Of a DNA stretch of 64,000 nucleotides, positions 13,681 to 27,519 are shown one piece after another (positions within the stretch are counted from its first letter, which is position 1; each line of letters begins with the position of its first letter). A model generated the notes under the pieces. The model was not told the origin of the DNA. It saw only the letters and a list, made by a program, of their open reading frames with translations, and ran no database searches. Position numbers and translations under genes: made by a program. This DNA is from Octopus sinensis (lineage: Eukaryota), in the NCBI RefSeq assembly GCF_006345805.1, contig NC_043008.1:5704001-5768000 (forward strand). Reading direction: 5' to 3'.

Positions 13681-13900
13681 CACCATGTGTAACTCGTAAA
13701 CACCAGTCGTTTTTTTCTCCATCTCCTGTTGCCCGCTTTGGATCTTTCTTTCCTCTCTCTTCCTTCTTTATGTTTCCGACGAAGAGCTCCGCTCGAAACG
13801 TCATACCTTCCTGCTTCCATATTTCCTGAGCGCCTATTAATAATAATACTGTAATTGTTCCATTGTGTTGTTTTTTTGTTTTCCGTTTGGATTAAAATTA
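13681..13900 (+). mobile_element. Penelope-like pLTR fragment in (TA)n with hammerhead-like motif at 13772-13806
   Basis: gttt-CCGACGA-a-gagc(tcc)gctc-GAAAC-GTC; similar cassettes on the minus strand at 29130-29340 and 45830-46012. Confidence 0.6.
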
Positions 13901-13963
13901 CATATATATACATATATATATATATACATATATATATAATATATATATATAATATTATATATA

Positions 13964-14014
<51 letters not shown>

Positions 14015-14015
14015 T

Positions 14016-14207
14016 GCTTAGCGGTATTTTGTCTGCCACTACGTTCTGAGTTCAAATTCCACCGAGGTCGACTTTGCCTTTCATCCTTTCGGGGTCGATT
14101 AAATTAGTACCAGTTACGCACTGGGGTCGATGTAATCGACTTAATCCGTTTGTCTCTCCTTGTTGGCCCTCTCTGTGTTTAGCTCCTTGGGGGGTAGTAA
14201 AGAAATA
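14016..14207 (+). mobile_element. SINE family B, 5'-truncated, tail type 1
   Basis: gcttagcggtatttt...gtcgactttgcctttcatcctttcggggtcgat...ctggggtcgatgtaatcgacttaatccgtttgtc...gtagtaaagaaata. Confidence 0.9.
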
Positions 14208-16371
14208 GATACAACAGTACCACCCATTTTAGTATGTAATTAGTGAAAGAAAAATAACAAAGAATCTCTAATTATTCAAAACCGTTTTACACAAAAATTC
14301 ACAGAAAGAAATATAGCAATTTTACGAATGAAACGTTTCTATTCAATAAATGCTCTAAATATTCCACTAAAATTCAACTTGTTAGTCATGATACTGACTA
14401 AACTATTCCGAAAATAACGGCAACCTGCGATAGGCAACATAAAGGATGAAATTCAATGTAGGTAGTTGGTACAAAAGATGTTTAAATATAGTTTCATAGA
14501 ATATACATTTTCTGATGTAATCGTATGATGTGGTTACATTGTATAAGAAATCTGATATTTAATTACGAGAGTTTAATTATAGGATTACTTCAATGGCATG
14601 CAGGAAATTGCGATCAGTTAATGAGAGATAAATTAGCCATTGTAAATGTGTGCTAAGAAAGAGATGACTGTTCAGCAAATGCACACATTAATATATGTTG
14701 AATTACATACACACGCACACACAGAAATACACACACACACACACACTCAGACACACACACACTCAGACACACACATACTCAGACACACGCACACAGAAAC
14801 ACACACATACATGCAAACATGCACATAAACATACCATCACACATGAATATATATATTGGTGTCGGTGTGTGCACATGCATACATACGCACACACACAAAT
14901 GCACACACTCACACACACAGACACACACACACATATATGCAGTCAGTAGCGAATGGGGGAAGGGTAAGAAGTGAGCTTCTATATATTATGAGGTTCTCGG
15001 TTCGATCCCACACCGAGGCGATTGTAAGTAAAAATGGGTTCACTGGAACTGTGTAGAAGCCCAAGAGACGTGTAGAAGCCCCTACCCTTACAGCTTTGAT
15101 GGTGCGGGGAGTAAGGAACGCGAGTCAACGCATTGCCAGTCAATTAGGCTTGTTTAGTTCCGCCATATTTTACACCACTTTTCTCAATAATTTAGTCCTT
15201 AATTTAAATTACTTTCACTTTCTGATTTATCAGTTCGTGAAGATATACTTTCTGGCATAACATTCTAATATAATACTTGGAATTTCGTAATAAAAGCTCG
15301 AGATAATTTTTATAATTTACGACATCTCAAAGCAACGTAGTTGCATGAATAGAATTTTAAATTAATTAAAAATAATTATGTGATGAGGGAAAATATTAGT
15401 CGATGATTAATATTGTGTTAAATAATCCGGCAAGTACAACAGATAACGTCTAACATATTTTGTTTGCATTCACTTGCTGTAACGATAACTGATTGATTTT
15501 TAGTTTTTCTCACATAATATTTATTGTCAAAGCGATGAATTGGCAGGTTCGTTTGAGCGTCTTGTCATATTCACTCCTGTCTCTGAGTTCGAATCCCCCT
15601 AAAGGCAAGATTATACTTTTAGTGGTGAACACAATTAAAGTTCTTCTACATCTAGTTGGTTCGTCATCAACTATTTTCTTGTATCAGAGTTGTATCAGAA
15701 ATTTCCTTCAAAGTGGGAAAAAACATGCTTTTGTTGACCACCAAGGGCCGAGATCATCAAGGGCAATAGCTCTGACGGCCTCACCCCCAAATCCTGATTC
15801 CATAAGAATGCTTTATTATCTCTCATCACAGGAAAAAATATTTTCCGTTAATTGTGTAAATAGGTTAGCTGAAGGGTTAGACAAGTCACACAACTCTTGA
15901 GAGAAACCAGCATCGATTAACAAAACGGGCGGAAAATATGGAACGGCTGCTGATTCTTCTACTTTTCCAAACTGAACCAATAATCCAAGCTTTTCCTGGA
16001 ATCACACAAATTCATCCAAAGAAGTACTTTAAGGGTGCACGTGACTATGCGACACACATTTATTATTTTTCTCTCTCAATATTTAACGAACGATATATTC
16101 CAATACTAATTTCTTATGACGTCACTAATTTAACTATTGTTCTTTATATGCATGATGCATAGGAATAATTTCCCTCTGTAATTATCTGAAATATGCTAAT
16201 TTTCACACCTACTTTTGTACTATATCGTACAATGCTTAGAACTTCAGTAAATGTATTTTATCTATTGTCATTTTAGTATATAATTAGTGCGTGTTTGTGT
16301 TTATGTGTGTGTGTGTATATATATAATATATATATATATATTATATATATATACATACACACACACACACA

Positions 16372-16404
<33 letters not shown>

Positions 16405-16612
16405 GATATATATATATATATATATATAATATAATATATATATATATATAGATATATATATATAATAAATTGTGTAGTATACACCTCGTATCTTCCATCT
16501 TCCATCTCTCTCATTTTTCAAATATATATGTGTGTGTGTGGAGGTGTGTGTGTGGAGGTGTGTGTGTGTGTGGAGGTGTGTGTGTAGAGGTTTATGTGTG
16601 TGTGTATGTACG

Positions 16613-16685
<73 letters not shown>

Positions 16686-17411
16686 CTTTTTATACATGTA
16701 CATTGATGTCTATAAACGTGTAAGTATATACCATAGTAGTATATTTCGTGATTATTGGACAGATATCGAATAAATATTTCATCTTAAATATTTTATATCA
16801 AATTTTGTTTCTTTTATTTGCTTTTTAATCAACATGTTATATTACTTTATTGTTGCTTTCATCTATAAGTGATAATACTTTATATTAATTGTATGGTTAT
16901 ATTTTTGTATTAAAATAATAACTTCTGTTCACTAATGATATTCCTAATTACGAAAGTAAATTGCACACGAAATCCAACCTCAAGAAAATCAAACACAAAA
17001 CTAACGCTGAGAATAAAAATACATTCTTTTTTGCATAGAAAAATATTTATTTACCTAATTGTAAATTAAAAATATCATGCAATTACTATTCAATTCATAG
17101 GTGAATATTAAATTTGTTATTTTTGCATGCTTCATACATTTAATCTGAGCGTCAATGTAGAAAATGAAAAATAACTTATAATTATTAATTTAAAATAACA
17201 ATTATCTTCCTTGGTATATTTTAAACGATTTCTGAAAGAATAATATAGAGTTTATTGATGACTTTATTGAAATGTATAATAAAGTGAATGTAAGCTCATA
17301 AAGTTAGTAAAAGTATTCTATTGTGTGCTTTGTTACAGCAAATAAATAGTTATTACTTCTGTTCACGTGACAACATTAGTCTTCCATTTAGTGTGTGTGT
17401 GTGTGCGTGCG

Positions 17412-17515
<104 letters not shown>

Positions 17516-17524
17516 ATATATATA

Positions 17525-17559
<35 letters not shown>

Positions 17560-17562
<3 letters not shown>

Positions 17563-17727
17563 CGCAGGAGTGGCTGTGTGGTAAGTAGCTTGTTTACCAG
17601 CCACATGGTTCCGGGTTCAGTCCCACTGCGTGGCACATTGGGCAAGTGTCTTCTACAATAGCCTCGGGCCGACCAAAGCCTTCTGAGTGGATTTAGTGGA
17701 CGGAAACTGAAAAAAATCCGTCGTATA
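17560..17727 (+). mobile_element. SINE family A, 5' half
   Basis: ggcgcaggagtggctgtgtggtaagtagc...ggttcagtccc (tRNA A/B-box-like)...ttgggcaagtgtcttctac. Confidence 0.9.
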
Positions 17728-17728
17728 C

Positions 17729-17760
<32 letters not shown>

Positions 17761-17917
17761 TCATAAATGTAGCCCACATGGACACTTTTCTTATCAGTGT
17801 TGTTGGTATCCTCTAACCTGTGGAGTATGCAATTATGAATAACTTTCTGCTGGCATAAGTGTCTCTGTCGAATTTCTTTTTTAAGTAAGTATTTTGAGCT
17901 AACCATGGGTCATATGA

Positions 17918-18170
17918 GTGGAGGCGCGTGACTTAGTGGTTAGGGTGTCAGCACCATGATCGATAAGATTGTGGTTTCGATTCCTGGACCGGGCGACGCG
18001 TTGTGTTCTTGAGCAAAACACTTCATTTCACGTTGCTCCAGTCCACTCAGCTCGCAAAAATGAGTAACGCTGCGATGGACTGGCGTCCCGTCCAGCTGGG
18101 GAACACATACGCTATTGAAACCGGGAAACCGGACCCATGAGCCTGGCTAGGCTTTAAAAGGGCGCATTTT
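17918..18170 (+). mobile_element. tRNA-derived SINE with V-domain-like segment, full length with TSD
   Basis: A-box tgacttagtgg, B-box ggtttcgattcc, gtgttcttgagcaaaacactt, ctgcgatggactggcgtcccgtccag; TSD atgggtcata(t/c)ga at 17905-17917 and 18171-18183. Confidence 0.85.
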
Positions 18171-18393
18171 ATGGGTCATACGAAGCTTCTGTTAACTCAG
18201 AGTCCCTGGTCATTAGTTTTTCACCTGTTCTCAAGGTGTTATTACTTTCATTTTTGAGTACACATTTGCTGTTCATATTTTTTCTTTTACTCTACAATCG
18301 GTGATATACAGTTTCACTTGACAGCTGTCTACTCCGACCTTGCGTTTTTCTATCCTTCAGTCAAACACAAACCTTACCGGTATCATTGTAGAT

Positions 18394-18626
18394 AAGGCGG
18401 CGAGCTGGCAGAAACGTTAGCACGCCGGGCGAAATGCTAAGCGGTATTTCGTCCGCTGCTGCGTTTTGAGTTCAAATTCCGCCGAGGTCGACTTTGCCTT
18501 TCATCATTTCGGGGTCGATAAATTAAGTACCAGTTACGCACTGGGGTCGATGTAATCGACTTAACCCGTTTGTCTGTCCTTATTTGTCCCCTCTGTGTTT
18601 AGCCCCTTGTCGCTAGAAAAGAAATA
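18394..18626 (+). mobile_element. SINE family B, full length with 15-bp TSD
   Basis: aaggcggcgagctggcagaaacgttagc...aagaaata; TSD gg(t/c)atcattgtagat at 18379-18393 and 18627-18641. Confidence 0.93.
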
Positions 18627-19768
18627 GGCATCATTGTAGATGTGGCAATCACCACTTCTGCTTAATATCTTCTTTGTATTGATATCTATTTACCAGTTTT
18701 ACCTTTTCGCTGGTTACTACTAAGCAACTAACGGGATTAACTGTTAACCCTAGCTTAAAGTTGCGTCTTCAGCTCATCAACGACGCTCTCCTTAATATAG
18801 CGAAAAAGGATTACATGGTCATGTCCAATATTTCTCTACGAAGTTACCGGTCTTGTGGAATTAATATTTTCGATTTCACAATCGATTGCTCCTCCGTTTT
18901 AGAGAACGGAACTTGTGATGCAATATTCTTCTCCATTAACTGGATTATCATACGGGCTTTTGATATTTGTATAATTCGCCAATAATTTCTGCGATTAGTA
19001 AATCACTTCCGCTTTGATGGGTTTTATCCTTTGATGCGTAGTTTATTCGATGAAAGACAGCAAATAGCGAAACGCGGTAATTAACGCTTTCTGGATTCTC
19101 ATCAATGAGATTAACAGCTTTAATATTGCATCACTTTGGTACGGGTAGTTAGGTGCATAATGTAGAAACAAGAGTATCCAGAGAGAAAAAAATCATCTGT
19201 AACGTCCAAATGCATCAAGCGCGTTTCCTTCCTTAGATGATACTCTTCTGACCTTAAAAATTATGTTTTGTAAAAAATAATAATATTTAACGAAAAATTC
19301 ATAAATAGTGACCTCAGTTTAAAATATTATGAAAATAATTCTAACTTTTTAAGACAATTCGAAACTTGTCTCTTTGAATGTGTAAACTTTTGAAATACGT
19401 CTTGAACAAAATGTTAATTTTTTAAACTTGAGACCTCAAACTATACCTGTTGAAGTATTTGAACTTTTCACTAAGTATACACTAACAAGTCTTCTACGTG
19501 GTCCATAGAATCTCCTTTTTGGGTTAGTGCATAAATCAGTTATGCAGACAGAGGCAGTGTAAGTGTTTCATTTGTACGACTCAGATGTTTGGATGTGCGT
19601 TAATAGAAGAATATGTCCATCTTCGAGAAAACAGGTTCTTTCATTAATGAGTTGGTTTATCTAAAATGGACACAATTGATGCATAGAGTATATCTGGAAC
19701 TGATAGAGGAGGTTCCGGTTGGCTCAGAATTTTCAGAATTGGTCACCAAAATTGGTTGTGTTTCTCAC

Positions 19769-19927
19769 GGTAGTGGGGTTTAGCTACCTTTCAAATTTAT
19801 AAATTTGTAAAATATTGGCGAGGGCTAAACCTTATGTAGAAGTTACTCGTTAGCAAACAGAAACTTGGTTGTGATTACTGCGCAAAAGTTGAATCCATAA
19901 GCATGAAAAGAATCCATAGGAATTCAT
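19769..19927. repeat. Unclassified ~150-bp interspersed repeat, copy 1
   Basis: ggtagtggggttta...ggctaaaccttatg.agaagttactcgtta...tgaatccataagcatgaaa.gaatccataggaat shared with 23323-23474. Confidence 0.8.
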
Positions 19928-22189
19928 GTTTCAAAGAAATGGCAGAATTGTATTGTTGAAGTATTGGGGATAAATTCAGCCGTACCTCAGGCATCCTCTC
20001 AGAAAAAGATGAATTACCATTTTTCATCAAAATCACAATTGTATAATGGAACTAAAGAAATATGGAAGAAATACAATTACAAAACTATTGTGAAAATAAA
20101 GGAAAAAGAAACTCCATATAGAATATATTTAATGCTGTCTTGTGTATAGAAAAACGAAACAGACGATTTTCGGATATTGGTAATAAGATTAAACTACAAA
20201 TAAAAATATATTTTACATGCGAGTTTTACTGCATTCTCAGAAAAACAACTTTTAAAATAGCTGATTACACTTTGTTTGTGAAAGTTGTAACTTGTACCAA
20301 CAATTTTTCTCGACTTGATTTGAAACGACAAGACGTGTACACATTATACATTTCTGTATTACTATGTCGGCATTTTGTAAGGATTTGGTGCTGAATATCT
20401 AAAAAAGTTAATCCGATTGTATATTATTCTCGCAAAGTAACGGTGATTTTTATGTAACAATTCAGGAGCGAGTGCTAAACTATTTGAGTGGTCGTCTGCA
20501 AGTTGTTTTAAGTGATTCTGTCAAAGATATAAGACAGTAAATCACTTGAAAATATTTATTGATGAAATTTACAGGGTCTTTCGCCAATCAAGTTCAAAAA
20601 GGAAAGCTAGATAGAAATTGTATAAATTTTAGGACAATTTAGATTAGTAATCTTACAGATAGATAGAGTTTTGAGAACCAGATAGCCTTCTTGTAACCTT
20701 AGGCCAGCGATTGAAATATGGCGTACTTATTCAGTGTTGTTCGAATATATTTGTTATAAGGAAAAGGAAGCAGGAATGTGAACTGAATTTTCCTAAAATC
20801 TGTTCCGGAAGAATTAACCGTAATGACAGATGTGCTGGAAGAAATTTCTTTCCTGTCAAGTGATCTTCATGCAACAATTTTAAATCCACTAGAATTTGAA
20901 AAAGTAATACAAAGATCAATCAAAGCTTTCGAAATGCCACTTATGAAAGGAAAATGGATGAAACCATTTCTTTGAAACTACAATATTTCTACATATTGAG
21001 TTTGTTAAAGAATAAGAAATAGATGAGCCTTCCTAGACAAAGGTGATAAGAGCCTCCTTAGCTGCGGTGATAAGAAATATGAATGTGCCATCGATGGATG
21101 GTGAAAGCATAAAATCAAGAAATAATGTCCAAGAAACTAACAGGATTCATGGATTGGCAAATATTGCTAACACAAATTCTTTGAACATTGATGTTGTTGT
21201 CCATAGGAATATAGTTGAAGAATAATTAGATAAAATCTATAATTTGATCATAAGATCTTTGTCAATGACATTCGTATCATGTTGGTTGTGTAACCCTAAA
21301 TTTCCATAAGATCTCAATAAAAATATAAAAAGCAGATCAAGATATCATTAATTCAGCCGCAGAGGCAGAAAAAGACAATTTTAACGAGGAACACTATATA
21401 TTCAAATAAAATGAATTACCTTGAAGTAAAATGTAACAAATCTAATAATCTAATAATGGTTAATTTGATTGATCCCTCATTGAATTTGTGGGATTCTACG
21501 ATTTCTGTTAGAATGTGATGCATGACGAGATGCGAGTAAACCGTGCAACCAATGGAAAATAAGATGAAAAATCATGTTTTAATATGGAAATATTTCGAGG
21601 ATGATTATCAATAAAAATATCTTATTTATGGAAGCCGTTGTTAGATGCTAATTTGTTTTTTATTGGGCTATATCTTTAGGAATGTAAAATAAAAGAAAAT
21701 AAATAAATAAAAGGAGGAACAAATTCCTAATTGCGTTGAAGAGAAAACTGGTCCCTTAAAAAGGAATGAAATCCCACTATAGGTGTGTGCTTCCAAAACT
21801 TAAAATAATGCAGAGCTGAGTTACTCTCCTGTCACGCTGTTGCTTTATTTCACCCCGAGACATTTCTTCTTGTCTGCCAAAGTCGATCAATGGTGAAACT
21901 TGGATAATCACTGTATCTACTTTATATATTCAATACATCTTTAGGCAGCCAGTTCTGTTCATTCTGTTCTTCAATGTAGAGAAATAAGGAGCTATAGAGT
22001 CAATCGAATAGAGAGCTAGCACCACTGAAATGGAGAGTCAGAGAAATAAAAGTTACGATGGTATATTCAATCAATACATAATAATCTCTCACATTTTTTC
22101 GACTTATTCTGTTTGTTCAGTACAGCTTTTGACCCCAAATAATAAAAATAAAATTTTCATACATTACGTAATTACAGAAAGGGATTAAA

Positions 22190-22234
<45 letters not shown>

Positions 22235-22407
22235 TAATAGCGACAGAAGCAGTATCAATACCAAAAAGGTTATATTTATCTCTACTTAAAAGTGGATGTT
22301 TTGTTAGAACACAGAATACTGCAGTAGCTATCACGAGAGAAACTCTGTCATGGACTTGTGGTGCATCGCATGTGGAATCTCTGCTAATTTTCAGCTTTCA
22401 GGCGCCT

Positions 22408-22450
22408 ACCATCGACAAAGCCAAGGAAGGCCGAAATCACGTGATCTGGT
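22408..22450 (+). ncRNA. Degenerate minimal hammerhead-like motif
   Basis: acca-[tcgacaa]-agcc(aaggaa)ggcc-GAAA-tcacgtga-TC-tggt; stems I, II and palindromic III present, CUGANGA box decayed. Confidence 0.5.
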
Positions 22451-22675
22451 GGCCCAGGCGGTGGCAATGGTGGTTGATTATGTCCCGCTAGTGATGTAAA
22501 CAAGAGTGCTTATGTGTACCACAAATGCACATGAGAGCTTCTCCCAGGGTAACAGTCGCAGTATTCTGCGCTCTAACACAGCATCCACTTTTAAGCGGAG
22601 ATAAATATCACCTTTATAAATACATACATACGTACGTACATACATACATACATACATACATGCATACATGCATAC

Positions 22676-22722
<47 letters not shown>

Positions 22723-23322
22723 AATTTTCTTATTAAGTATGTTTTTAAGTATACTTCACAATATATGAACTGTATTAAGAAGTGCTTATTGCGAGCTAAA
22801 TTGAAGGATAAAGGAAATTATAGAAGGAACACGTCTAGGCAATCAATTAAAATACATTAAAACGCCATTTATACATTTATTGTAACCCTGAAACGGCCGT
22901 AGATGACATCCTTTACGCGAATTCACTCGAATCTGTATATATTTATTATATAAATTTATATAAATAGGGATAAGATCGATTCTAAATATCGATCCTATCA
23001 AGTGGCCAGCATGGGAATAAAAAACCTTCAAAGGTAATAATTATTATTAAAATTATAATTTAGGGTATCTAAGAGATACTACGCTGAAAATAGCAGTCAA
23101 AACTTGACTCTAAAACCACATTAAATGTTCATATAGCACTATAGCACATATTTATATATATATATAAAGTACAGTTGTGTGACTAAGTGGTTAGGGTATT
23201 TGGTTCACGTTGGTATGATCATGAGTTCGATTCTTGGCAGTGTCTTACACACACGCATACACGCGCATAATTTTGATCGAGTTAACATTTTATTACACTG
23301 AATTTCACCCATGGGAGCACTG

Positions 23323-23474
23323 GGTAGTGGGGTTTAACTAGCTTCCAAATAAAATTGTTAAAATTGGAGAAGGCTAAACCTTATGAAGAAGTTACTCGTT
23401 ATTAAACACAAACTTGGCTGTGATCACAGTGCAAAATTTGAATCCATAAGCATGAAAGGAATCCATAGGAATCA
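23323..23474. repeat. Unclassified ~150-bp interspersed repeat, copy 2
   Basis: Direct repeat of 19769-19927. Confidence 0.8.
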
Positions 23475-23883
23475 ATATGTGATATATTTTTGCAATATAT
23501 TCCTTTCAAATTGGTGTATCTTAATCCTTATTTATAGCCTTAAGCCAACCAGAAGAAACTCTGCGAATATCTAAAGCAATTTAGTTAATCAAATCCAATG
23601 TAAATCTTGCTAAGGAAGATATTGCACTTGATGGTATTGAGTCAAAATTTGACGCCAATGTTTCTGATTGCAGCCGACTCTGGAGAGAATTTATATAAAC
23701 TTCGTAACACGTTTTATAATTAAAAATCTGGAAAATGGAATAAAAAAATAATTCACGAAATTATTATTCAAATCGCGATAAATCTTTACATAAATTTTGC
23801 ATTCTTTCTGAGAAAAATTAGTATGGGACGCATACTAATGAGACCTCTATCCGTCTTTCTCTCACTTACTCCCAGTCTTCCAA

Positions 23884-24315
<432 letters not shown>

Positions 24316-25467
24316 TAATTTTGAGGCATAAAGCGAGGGAGATGGTGTTGTATGTGTACAGATGTGCGCAAGTGCTGAAGTATAGCGGCATGGTTAGTGG
24401 TGTATGAAGTATTGGGTGTATATATGAAAGTGAGGAGATGGAAGCGGGTGCGATTACGGGGTAAAAGAGGAGGCAAGAAGAATGTGGAGGATGTCATAGA
24501 AGTGTGTGCAAGTTTATGAAAGCGAGACACTGTCACGTGGAAGGTAGGCAGTCATGAATATGGAAAGTGAAAGAGAAAGAAAAGGTGGGAATAGAGAGGG
24601 TGAAGAGAAGTGAGGAAAGAGTAAAAGCAAAATTGGAGAAAGAATAATCATGATACAACAGTTGTAGGTTTTGCTTTGTTCTGGAGAGGAAAAGTGAGTG
24701 GGATATGAGGAGGGCCAACGGGAATGCTATAGACGGGGGTGCGTGTCGGGGTGTAAGGATGGAAGGGAGAAAAAAGTGAAGATGAAAACAATGAACAAGA
24801 GAAGAAAAAAAATGAGAAAGGAAAGGTGCTCGTAGAGAGAGAGAGAGAAAAGTGAGAGAAAAATTGCAGAAAAATTGGAAAAAAATTAATTACAATACAA
24901 CACTGGTAAAAAAAAAAAAAGTTCTTTTATAAGTAGCCGAATAATATCAGAAATGAAATGAATCATTCTTAGGACCCAGACACACGCGCACACGCGTCCA
25001 CACATATTTCACAAGATTCTTAGGAATTATTAAAAATCTAGTTTTTAACGTTGTAGAATCTGAATTCAGTCTACCTTTAAAGCACTGTTATATATATGAC
25101 TTCAATCCAGCCGACCAAGTGAAATGATCTGATGTGGTGTGATACCATTTGAAGGTGGCAATGAATCAAGCATTCAGCGTATGTCTTCGCTTTGACACCA
25201 GAGAGAAGAATACGAAAATAAAGGTCATAGCTTACTTTCGACTTGTGTTGAATAGATTTCCTTCAATGACACTAACATCAAGAAATAGTAAGAGCGATAC
25301 TGGAGGTTATTTATACCGACTGCTTTAATTCTGATTGATGCCAATGTTGTTGTTGTTGTTGTTTTGTTGCTATACATAGACTAACATGAATATTAAAATT
25401 CATACTTGCATATTGCTAAAAAGGAGAAGATGAATAATAATGGCGATGATGATGAAGATGACGACGA

Positions 25468-25526
<59 letters not shown>

Positions 25527-25544
25527 ATAATAATAATAATAATG

Positions 25545-25586
<42 letters not shown>

Positions 25587-25640
25587 TAATAATAATAATA
25601 ATAATATAATAATAATAATAATGATGATGATGATAATAAT
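25468..25640. repeat. (CTA)n followed by (TAA)n
   Basis: Direct reading. Confidence 0.95.
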
Positions 25641-25878
25641 AGTGTCTTTGAATTCGATATGAAGAAGAAGCTGATGTCAGACAAAAATTTAATACGAATG
25701 AATAATAATGTCTACAAAAACAAAGTGCCTAAACAAGAGGCTGACATCGAATGCAAATACGCATTCGCTTCTGACTACAGAGCTTTCGAAAAATCCGAAA
25801 ATTTCTAAACTTGCCCTGCACAACATATTCCAACCAGAATCAGCCACGATAAAGGTCCAACAAAAGAGTGAGATTGAT

Positions 25879-26254
25879 TTCGGTTTTAAAGTTTCAGGGG
25901 AGGTGATAAGTTGATTACATCGACCCTAACATTCAACTGGTACTTTATTTTATGGAAATGATGAAAAGTAAAGACGGCCTCTACGGAATTTGAACTCAGA
26001 ACATTAGGACGGACGAAATACCTATTTCTTTACTACCTACAAGGGGCTAAACACAGAGGGGACAAACAAGGACAGACAAACGGATTAAGTCGATTAGATC
26101 GACCCCAGTACGCAGCTGGTACTTAATTTATCGACCCCGAAAGGATGAAAGGCAAAGTCGGCCTCGGCGGAATTTGAACACAGAACGTAGCGGCAGACGT
26201 TCTGAGTCCAGCAATTTCTTCGGCGTGCTAACAACTCTGCCAGCTCGCCGCCTT
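25879..26254 (-). mobile_element. SINE family B nested dimer
   Basis: One head at 26254, two cores, junction gaaatacctatttcttt at ~26015-26031; flanking direct repeat ag(t/c)gagattgat at ~25867 and ~26256. Confidence 0.85.
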
Positions 26255-26282
26255 AAGCGAGATTGATATTACAAACTGAAAT

Positions 26283-26440
26283 AAGGTGGCGAGCTGGCAG
26301 AATTGTTAGCACGCCGGAGAAATTGCTTAGCGGCAATTTTTCGTCTTTATGTGCTGAGATCTAATTCCGCCGAGGTCGTCTTTATCATTCATCCTTTCGA
26401 AATCAATAAAATAAGGACCAGCTGAGCATTGGGGTCGATT
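26283..26440 (+). mobile_element. SINE family B, older tail-less copy
   Basis: aaggtggcgagctggcagaattgttagcacgcc...ttccgccgaggtcg...ttggggtcgat. Confidence 0.85.
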
Positions 26441-26834
26441 TAAACACAACAGGAATGGGTCACGAAACTGTTCAAAACTTTGCAATAATAAACGTAACAG
26501 AATATTAAGCACGGATATTGGCATGCGATCTGGGGGTAAATAAGAGAACAGATTTAATTACAAAGAGAAGCCGAAAGATAAAATTTGACGGTATAAAGAG
26601 AACACAAGATGATATTAAATCGCAGAGAGATTAATGAAAGATATACATATCTAAGGATGCATAGGAGTGCACAAAGATAAGGTAATTAAAAGATAAGGGA
26701 GAAAATCTCCAAAGAGTATACGATAAGGATTATGAAAGGGGATTAGAGCAAAATTAAAGGAAGGGATATTATCAAAGCAATCAATACACTTGCTTTCTTT
26801 TCTAATGTAGACAAAGACAAACAGATCAAGTGCT

Positions 26835-27050
26835 AAAGTATAACAGACCAGACCTAGTGGAGGTGGACAAGGTTCATCACATATGTTATATAGTCGAAGT
26901 TGCATGCTCCTTTGACCCACGAATAGTCAAGAAGGAGGCGAAACACATCTTCGACTTGCAAAAGCTGTAATCCTATGCTCTGCAAGAATCCTCAGACAGA
27001 TCTTCGAGACTTGAGGAGACTTGTTGTCATCAAGCTTCGGGACAACATCC
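26835..27050 (+). mobile_element. R4/Dong-type LINE RLE-domain fragment with internal deletion
   Basis: KYNRPDLVEVDKVHHICYIVEVACSFD...AVILCSARILRQIFET*. Confidence 0.7.
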
Positions 27051-27091
27051 CTACTAACTAATACAGTAATAGTTATGGAAATATACTGCTT

Positions 27092-27106
27092 CTACTACTA
27101 CTACTA

Positions 27107-27185
<79 letters not shown>

Positions 27186-27201
27186 GCGGCCACTACTACT
27201 A

Positions 27202-27271
<70 letters not shown>

Positions 27272-27272
27272 C
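27092..27272. repeat. (CTA)n/(CTG)n microsatellite
   Basis: Direct reading. Confidence 0.95.
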
Positions 27273-27519
27273 CGAGCCGTCAATAGTGACGGCGGATGTT
27301 TTACTTTGTTATAATTACCACATTTTGGATTGTATTTATGAATATTCGATTTTCCAAACTGGAGGCACCGTTTAAAACTGTACGTGACGAAAGTTGCTGA
27401 TCAGAGTATGTGGATGTCAATAAAAACGCCAAGGTAACAGAAGAAAGTAAGGAAATTATATTTATCGATCCCCAAATATTGCCCAGATTTGATTATTTTT
27501 GATATGTACGATGATTAAG

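Noticed and set aside
17560-17635. tRNA-like A/B boxes as tRNA genes (also 17920, 18396, 23170)
   Set aside because: No complete cloverleaf; they continue into SINE bodies.
20400-21500. Possible hAT transposase remnant or host exons
   Set aside because: Only short ORFs, no unambiguous motif, TIR or splice pattern.
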